DNA of 64,000 nt, from assembly GCF_964204645.1 (NCBI RefSeq), contig NC_134028.1, positions 7,936,001 to 8,000,000 of the forward strand, read 5' to 3'. This DNA is from Tubulanus polymorphus (Eukaryota > Animalia > Nemertea). This document shows, one piece after another, positions 41,701 through 51,400 of this stretch. The notes under the pieces were generated by a model. That model saw only the letters and a program-made list of their open reading frames with translations, did not search any database and was not told the DNA's origin. Within the stretch, counting starts at the first letter, position 1. The number at the start of each line of letters is the position of its first letter. A program made the position numbers and the translations under genes.

Positions 41701-44700
41701 CATATTTCCAAACGTCAATTGCATGGCTGTAAAAACAATGAGATATTTGGTTTTTAGACATTAAATATTAATCACATTTTATGAAGTGCAATAAATATCT
41801 GCAGGCGGAAAGAGAAAGCTGTGAAAAACAGTATTTAAAATTACGTAAGCCTCAAAATTCTATACCGGTAAATTTCATCTATGAATTTCATGATACAGTT
41901 CATTGAAATGACCTGTAATCGTAGGAAACCATGACTAAAAGCAAAACCTTATAATACAAGCATAAACAGATGCGGAGCCCAATCACGATTCAAGTCAAAA
42001 AGTAGCCAAAATCATAAAATATTTTATCCAATACTTTTTCCAAGAAAAAAGGGTTTTAACTAGCACCATGCTAATCAACAAGAGTAGAAATGCATGGTGA
42101 ATTATAGTAATATCAACCCCGGTGCTCGCGTTCTAAGATCAAGAACCCTCCCTTAAATTGGAGTACAAATTAATTTTATCAAACAAGTCAATAGTATATA
42201 CAAAATAAATACATGCTAAGGTCCAGAGGACATTACCAGCAATTACAATTATTATAGAAATGACAGCCCTCCCTTGAATGAAACTAACAAATCATAAACG
42301 AAAATTTAAGTCAACGCTGTTTACAAAGCCGAATAATGAAGCTATGAGCAACCATAAATCTAAATGATTTCAAGAATTCAATTTAGTTTTGTGTATCTAT
42401 AATTTCTTTTGGTGAGAAAATGGCTGACGACATTTTAACGCTCGATTTACGTACTGGGCACTCGGACCGATTCTTGAGAATACCATTTCATTAGTTTGTT
42501 GGCGAGCGACATGATTTTACGAGTTTCATTCCAGGTAGGTGAATCCGGACTGAATTTCTGGATGATCGGATCCAAGGTTTGCAGAATGAATCCCAAACTG
42601 GAAAATTGAAGAAAAATAAGATGATTAAGTGGTTTTCCATGATTTTTCAGCTACAGAGGGATATTATAATTATGCTATACCCCACACACCAGCAGATATA
42701 TTGGTGACTCATCCTCCTTCGGCAGGGATTCGAACCTGATGGCATCGCTAGATTCGGCCACATCACGAAACCCTGCTACACTAGCCCGAGTGCAAAGGAA
42801 CGTGCACAGTTTTGCCACAAGGAAACTTGCTACCCCAATCAGATTGCCCTCGTATGATCGCTGAAGCAAATTTCACAGATAAATTATAACCGCCAAAAAA
42901 CCTGCGCTAAAATAAAACAGGATTTCTGATTGGCTGATAATTACATCATCTTAGCTGCGCACATGGGCTAGTGTAACAGAGTTTTGTACCGTGACAGTCT
43001 CGATGTCATCAGGTTCGAATCCCTGCCGGGGAAGGATGTGATGGACTAGTTCGGAGGAGTCTCTTACCCGGCGAAATCCGTTTTCGAAACGTTGACCGAT
43101 CGCTCGACAAACTGTCCAACGTCTTTGATCCATTTCGCCAAGTGATTCAGATTCGGCATGTTCGCATCGGACACTTGGTTTCCTAACGCAATTATATCGG
43201 CGAGATCGTTGAAACCTTTACTGATCGTGTAGTTTCCCCCTAGTTCGGCCATATGCGCGATCTAAAATATCATCATACAATTTTTGAAATAACAGGGAGG
43301 CCTATTTAATTCGACTTGCTTTTTCCCTAACCGTTCCCAAACATGCGCGTTGCTCTGCTAAGAATCGAAGTAAAGGATTTGACTACTGATAGAACCGATG
43401 AAAGAGAATGGTCATCATTCTGTAAAGTTGCCTCAAAACAGACGTCTGGTACACCGAGTCAACTTAGATTCAGAGTTAGATTGGAATAGGGGGATTTCAG
43501 AAATGTGGCCATGAGAATTAGGGGACGAATTGAATATTTGTAAAATTCTGATACCATTAAAAAAAATTTGTGGGTAATATTGTATCACGAAGATCAAACA
43601 ACAATAAACTTTTCCAGAGATATAGAGAGAGCACCGATGACAGTGTTGTCTCCAATAGCAACAGTTGAATCGTTAAAACGTGCTTATGTGGCGTTAAAAG
43701 TATTTTTAACTATTCGTAAAATTCTGATAACGTAACAAATAATATCTGGGTAATTGTGTCATACATTTTTCCAGAGATACGACGAGAGTGTGCAGATGAC
43801 AATCGTCTCCAATAGCAACGATCGAATCGTTACAACGCCCTTACACGGTAGTAAAAAGTACGCTGCTTTATACTCACGATTTTCATGATTTTCGCGACGT
43901 CAATTTGTTTCTGCACGTAGTCGACGATTTCCGGTATTTTCGACGAATTCAGTCGACAAAGCTGATCGGCGATCGACGCCTGCGTCGATTCGTCCTTAAA
44001 CAGCAGATATTTACCGAATCGCGTCGAATTGCAGACGATTCCTTTGAAATCAATGTTACCCGTTAGATTCAGAAGCTGCAAGAGAACAGAATCGAAATGA
44101 GTTTCATGGATGTGGGGGGGGGGCGTGTAATGATCATTGGGAAAATTTTGAAATTTGTCTGGAAAGGCTTTAAAAAATTGATACCGTGTTTCTCATTTCT
44201 TTTCAGCTTAAAAATTTAACAGGCCAGCCACCTATTTACCCTGAAGTTAGTTTTTTCAAAAACCATGATCAAGCTAATCATTACAGACCTAATAGCTATT
44301 GAAATGTACTGATAACAAATTCTATTGCGATATATAAAATAACCCTGGGCCCCATTTCAGAGACAGGTATCAACTTTAACCCAGGGACTAACTCAATTGA
44401 AATTGAATTGAGTTAGGCCCCAAGTTAAAGTTAATACCAGTCTGTAAAACTGGCCCCGACTGATTAGGAGAAACAAGGTATCATTTTAGCCTTATTACCA
44501 TGGTTTCTCGTTGCTAATACGGCGGTGGTTGTCACCCAGGTTAAGGATTTACCCCTGGCGCTAACGTTCAATCCGGTACCCAGTCTAGGAAACCGGGCCC
44601 ATGGAAATTTTTTGGGGCAGCACTAGAACATCTATTACAAGGTCATGTGCATATTACTGTAGCAGTGTGTATAATATGTTTTTTAAACAGGGCTATTTCC

Positions 44701-47700
44701 TTCTGGCCCCAGAAAAGGATTAAGTGTGACTTTTTTCTATATCCGTTTTAAAATGACCGTGTTTAGAAGTGAAAGCAAAATTTCATTCTAATTTCTGGCA
44801 TTTCTCGCGTAATACATAAAGATATTAGCAATACAGCAGATTAATTCTTTCTTTCTATTCATACATAAGACTCCCTTTCTTGCCTGACCAAACGCATTAC
44901 AATTGACTAATCTAATTCAATGTTGTAGGGTGCCATCGCCCATGAATACCTTGAACGCCACACAGAAATCTGTCTGGCAAAAGATATACACATTCATGAA
45001 TAGATAAAAGCTTTATACCCGCAAGCAGTAATTTGTGTTCGCGAAGATTCCCTATATAGACGCATAGATGTTTTTCAGGCCCTGATGGCGCGGCGGGACA
45101 AAAATTCGCAATTCATGAAACGAGTTTCATCTATCTTAAAAGAGTTAAAGCATCTTTTATCATGGTTATCTTATACATCAAATTACAAATATACATTTAA
45201 AAATGAATTACAGGTATAACATTATGTCAAAAGAAACCCTTAAAACATGGAAGTGATTTCGTTCTGCTTTCAGAGATTTCTGGAAAAGTATAAAAGAGAG
45301 ATTGAATCGCATTGAATCGATCGAAAAAAAGGAACGTTCGCGCATTTTATTTCGATGTGCATTGATTTCAGTTCTTGACCCTGGTTTATTTTGGTCGTTC
45401 TGCGTCGACAATGCGCGGAATTCACGAACAATAACTACGAATGCTCGGTGCGAAAACAAGTTCCCATTCAACACCGATTCCGTACGGTCATGAAAGTTAA
45501 GTCATACGAATTGTTATGTAAAATGGAAAAAATTATGCAAAGCATTCGCGTCCAGTCGGCGGCTTACTTATCGTTCTTTTATTCCATGCGAATCTCTAGA
45601 AAGCAGTGTTTTCAATAAGAGCCAGGTCCCAGGTCCCAGACCCGTCTGTTGTTTATAAAGGCTCCGCCTGTTTTTTCAAACCAGCTTTTGTTTCAGGGAC
45701 TGTGACATAGGGGGGACCCTCCTGTTTTTCAAAGGGACCTGGCTTGTTAATTTCTTATTGAAAACACTGGGAAGCTAAATGGGGTAATAATCCTTTCATC
45801 GAATCAAGTGGGAATTCAAGCATTTCCACGCGCATCTGCTGTTAAACATGTACTTCTCTTATTTGAAACAGAGGCAACCATCGAATGGGACCTGAGTGGG
45901 ATTTTATTGCCCGACCCTTCGTTTTGCAACAGCTTTTTAAAATGATAACCACTAATATTTACAGGCCATTCTGATTACGATTTTCTAATGCAACTTAAAT
46001 CTTCATTCAGCCTGGAAATTTTAAAACAGTTTCATAGTCCAAAGTTATCAGATAGCTATTGCAATCAGATTTCAATGCTCAAGCGTGCATGGTGGGCGAG
46101 TGGTTGGCGAGTTCGACTCTGGAAAGCCAGGTCGTGGGCTCGAACCCCGTACATAACCGTAGTGCCTTCAGGCAAGACACTTTCCCTCATTGCGTCTCTC
46201 CACCCAGGAGTAATCGGGTACCTGGTCCGATAGATGACTCCGAGCTGCTCGGATGTGACTTCTCCCCAGGGAGAGATGACTGATACATGAATAGAGTAAT
46301 AGGCCGGGGTAATAATACCAAAATTTGGAGCGCACTCGAACCGACTCTGGCTGTGATACCTGCGCTATACAAATGAGACACTATCACTACTATCATCATC
46401 GAACGAATGATTTTTTTTTTCAATCAAAAAGTAAAAGAGCGAATGTAACTTTACCCCTTCCATGTTGATGGTAGCGTCGAGCAAGGCTTTGGCCATCAGA
46501 TCACTCATGACACGTTCGGTCTCCACCAAATACTTGCGAATTACTTCGGGATCTTTGACCAGACTGCTCACCGTGAAACTGTCGTCTGAAATTTTAGAGT
46601 AGCAAGCAAGATTAAACGCTGGAATATTTGAGTCTCGACGATATCGTTTTCTCCGTCTTGATATAACAACATGAAGAAGGTTGGAGAGATGGATAGCCTA
46701 CCGGTATATGGTATCAAGTGGTCTCCATATGCTGGAATTCTAAAGGGCTGTACCTAGCTGGGGGGGGGGGGGGCAGGGGGCAGTTGCCAGCCCAGAATTT
46801 TTGGATAAGTGTCCTTTTTGTAAATACGATTGTTATATTCAACAAAACTGCCCTTCTTCATGTTTGTCTGCCCCCTAAAATTCAAATACTCTGTACGGCC
46901 CTGAAAGATCGTTTAATGATAGGGGAATATAGACTTACTGAGAAACTGTTGCACTTCTTTTTTCTGTAACATTTCTCCCAAATCATCCAACAATTTGATA
47001 CTTGTATCCATGTTGTTCAGAACGTTGCCGACTTTTGAATCTTTTTGCGTCAGCGGTTTTAGATTTTTCACCAGTTTTGCGATTCTGTCATATGAAGAAA
47101 AAAAAACACGAGTCACACGGGTCCAATGCAATTACATAATTTAGTGGTAAGGTATTGAATAAAAGTTTGGTATTTTTTGCATATCTTATGAAGTGCACTG
47201 ATTATATCTTATAGAAATGCGTTAGAAGTAGATTGCTACACAAGAGGGTTGATCGTATTGCTACAGAGCATTGGACACTTGACGAGGATATAGGCTTCTA
47301 GAAGCCAAGGTGATGCGAGTAAACGGGATTTCCTATTGAGCAATCCGACCAATTTTAACGCATTTACTAGACAGTTTGAAAAAAAACATTTAGGCAAAAA
47401 AAATTGATACCCTATTCCTCATTTCTGCTGGTCATTTTTTATAGAAATGTTTTATTGCAGTTTACTAAATGACGCAACCAGGAGAAACAAGGTTTTATCT
47501 TAGCCTTAGGCCTGCCGGTGGTTTTCCAAATCTGAGAAACTATAGGTATCTGCCTTACGCACACCTAGCTACCTTTTGCTCGCACTCGCGGCTTTTGATG
47601 TTTGCGGTTCTACATTTTGACACTTGTTATTCACGTTACAGACGTATGACTGCATATACGACAAAGCACCAGCGCTGGGAAGTGACCGCGGATTGTAAGA

Positions 47701-48372
47701 ACCTGAAAATAAGCCAAAGAAAAAGGTTAGAAAAGAACCCGCGATATTCTATTGTCGAAGTAAACTTTTGTGACGCGGTAAAACTGCATTTTTGGGCTGG
47801 TTATAAATAGGTCATCATAGGTAAATATCATCCTTATCATTAAAACAAGAAAAACTACCATGAAACATCAGTGCCTCGAAAGAATAACATGCATAATTAT
47901 TCAATATTGATGACAATAAATAATATACTTCCGACGCCAATGTTTACTGAACTTCACTATAATTGCATTATAATCAATCGCTGATTTGGGACAATTTCTT
48001 GAAATTATTATCTTTATTTAGGACAGGATCTGAGTGTTTCCTTATTGTTTTGTCTTATCTTGGAGTGAATCAGCGACTGAACATTTGGCATGCACGCAAA
48101 GAAACCCATGACGTAACGCAACCAGACCAAGCCATTTTGAAGGCAAACAACTATTTGTTCAAACTTAGAACATCAAGTCATAGACTATCAATCGAAAAAG
48201 ACAGGCATTTAAATATTGATAGAAATAGCCGACACCTACTCTACCAATTTACTTAAGTTAACGAAATATCTATCCGCATGTATATGATCTCTTGTTCTGT
48301 ATGATTACTAGTTAGTGTTCTGTCAGCTCATCTCAATTCAGAGTAAATTTCAGGAGCAGTTTCATCATCAAT

Positions 48373-48404
<32 letters not shown>

Positions 48405-51400
48405 CAAAACATTCTAGGCCTAGTTGTATGTACACACACGAAAAGCAAGAGGGGTTGGAGGCCCTTCTCCCAAATAATTTGAAAAAAATGACCATCCTCC
48501 GAGCATTAGGGTGATTCTTCAACAAACATCGTACCATGCGATAATGTTATCTTGGCAAAAAATAGAAGGGCAGCCCCCCCTAGATTTTTAACAATAGCAC
48601 CTTCAGGATGCTAGGATTCTGAAAAGATGCTCTTGCAAAACTACTAATCATTTCATTTCACCGCAAAAATGAAATTCTTTCAATTTCTTGAACGATGATA
48701 ATAGTTCATCTGTCAGATCAGAGAAATGATGTAGAGATCGGTAAATGTTTTGAAATTTCGAATATCCTTCTACGCATTGCGCATTATTTGATCAGATTAA
48801 TCGACCTATTTCATGATATCTAACTAAGTACGCCGGCACTGAAATCCAGTTTGCAGCGATCTATTGAAATAGACTTTTAATGCATAATCGTAACCCGTGA
48901 CTGGTTTTCTTCACGGAGTATATAAGAACGCTATTATACATATACCGGGTACAATTCTTAAAGACTGGGCCCTTCTAAGAAAATACCATAAAAAATTCCT
49001 ATAACTCTATAAACCGGCTAATAAGTGTTTTTCTTTTAACAGAATTTATAGAACAGAATGTGCTCGATTTGAAAAGAGTGATTCAGAAAGACTCACAATA
49101 TTCAATGAAATCTCCAGCCAACTTATTTTGAACAGTTTCTTACTGACATAGGCCTATTATCATGTCAGTAATGTCAGTAAGAAAATAAATTGTCCTCAAT
49201 AATGACAGAAAGTTTTGTCCTAAACCCCATGATTATTGTGGTAAAGGTCACATTTTCGAACTATAGGGGGCAAAATGGAAGCACAAATTGTGCAAAAAAA
49301 AAGTTCAGTTCTTGAAAAAAAAACTTTGTTTCGCTAATCAAGATTACATGTTTGTTGAGAATCAGGTTCAAATTCAGGGGCGCTTTTTCTTTTAACACTG
49401 CTATTCCTTCCCACGTCAATAAATGTTCAATCGTCAATAAATTTCGCTGGTTAAATGCATCAACATGCATCTGGAGGTTCTATTTTTCAGACCCCCGCAA
49501 AAGAATTTGCCTCGCGTGCTCACAACTCATTCGACCCCATGCCCAATCCTGGATCTGCCCCTTGAAATTAGGACCAGTTTCGGGGTAGTCGTGATGTTGA
49601 AATGATGGATTTAAGGGAAACCTGGCTGTCGAGATTAATGAAATTAAGCTGAGAATTAGGGGCCAGATCTGAAATTTGATTATTTTTTAGCTGATCTTCA
49701 AGTCATCTAACAAATTAAAACCAGCCAATTATTGAAATCGGAATAACAGGCTTCACGTAGTCTCCACAACCAATCTGTCTTTCAAGGACTTTTTCAACTT
49801 CGATTCAAGGACTTAATCCTCGTGCTTAAGTCAGGAATCCTAAAATCGACATTTTCCTGGCATTCTTAAAATCAGTAGATTTTAAGAGCTATAATAGTGC
49901 ATTTGTATCTTGGATCTGCAGACGATAACTTATGTCTGAGGCCATTCAAGGACAATGATAATAAGGACAACGATAATGATTTCAAAATTTTAAAGCGCAT
50001 TCCAAGATACTCAAGGCCTTGTGAATTGACCTTCCCATTTCAAAAACTTGTAAGGACCTTCAAGGAGTGTTATGAACCATGCGATAGGAAATCTTCATTT
50101 AAGATAATAATTAAAGTGCTTGTTATAGCTCATTTTGATTTGTATCGAATGAGTCTTATATTAAGCCTATTTGGACATCATAACACTATAAAAGTCATTC
50201 ATTCTGCTGATATAAAAAAGCAGTAATTATAGTCAAACGCAAAGCCTGATTGAATATTTCTTCAAAGCGAGAATAAGAACCATAAATAGAACTGTTCTAT
50301 CGCTCGATGCGGTTCTCTATTATTGATGCCATTATATAATGACTATTCATCAATACTGTTGACTATTAGGTATATGAAATACCTGTATATGTTGCACGCG
50401 TATATAAACACATCGATCCTCTCAGTCAAAGAACATTAGAAACCACAAACCCGCAATAATGAAAGCTATCAATTTTATAGCCCGAAACCAACCAACTCCC
50501 AAAAATCTATGATTTGTCCACGATGAAGTTTAGACGATCATAGCTCGTCAGTAATGCGGTAATGGAAGATCTGGTTTTTGTGATAATTTCTCCCAGATGA
50601 GGTCCCAAACGTCTAGACGATGAAATTGGAAGAACGGCGACAGTGCTAATGTCTGAGGGGTGAATGCATGATGTAGATGCCTGCATGAAATTTGAAATCA
50701 ACAATACAGGGGCGGATCCAAGGGGAGGGTGCAGGGGTGCGCAACCCCCTAAAGTGTAAAGTAACCCAGAAATTTTACGGCAAAATGAAATATATTAAAC
50801 TGATACCTATAAGAGTTCAAAATTCATAGCTTGTTCTTCTCAAGCATTCTCAATTCATAGCTTGTTCTCTTGTTCTATATTTCCAAAAACGAGTTAATTT
50901 TTGCCTTTTTAATCATATGATGCGCCCTATTTAGGGAGTGACTCCTCCAAAAAAGGCCCTAGATCTACCCCTGAGAATGCAGTCTGAATGTAGGCCTAGG
51001 ATTGTTCGTTTCAAATTCCGAGGTCTATCGGACCAGGGAAGTGTCTCATTACACATCCCTGATCGGACTCACTTCATCACAGCCCCTGTCATGGTTAGTG
51101 GCTTATCCACGGTTAGCGCTGACAGTTCCTGCGCCCGCCCCAGAACGTTAAGCGTAATGCGCTTAAGTCTCGTAAAACTGCATCAAAGAGTTCCTTAGAA
51201 AAATTCTCTTCATTATGATGCAATAGATAGAACCAAAAAAGACTAGTCTTTATGAATTTTTGATAGAACGCATTCCATTTTATTCACCAATGACTCTTTT
51301 TCATTCATAAGAAAAAAGTCTTTATCTCAGAATACATCATTTCTATTTTTGGAAAATGGGAATGTCTTCAGGAAAATTACCTAGGCCTATCATATCAATT

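Noticed and set aside
46083-46160. tRNA gene (also ~55003-55085 and ~42965-43030)
   Set aside because: A/B boxes are present but no complete cloverleaf; the 46083 copy continues into a CORE domain and LINE-like tail, so it is a SINE.
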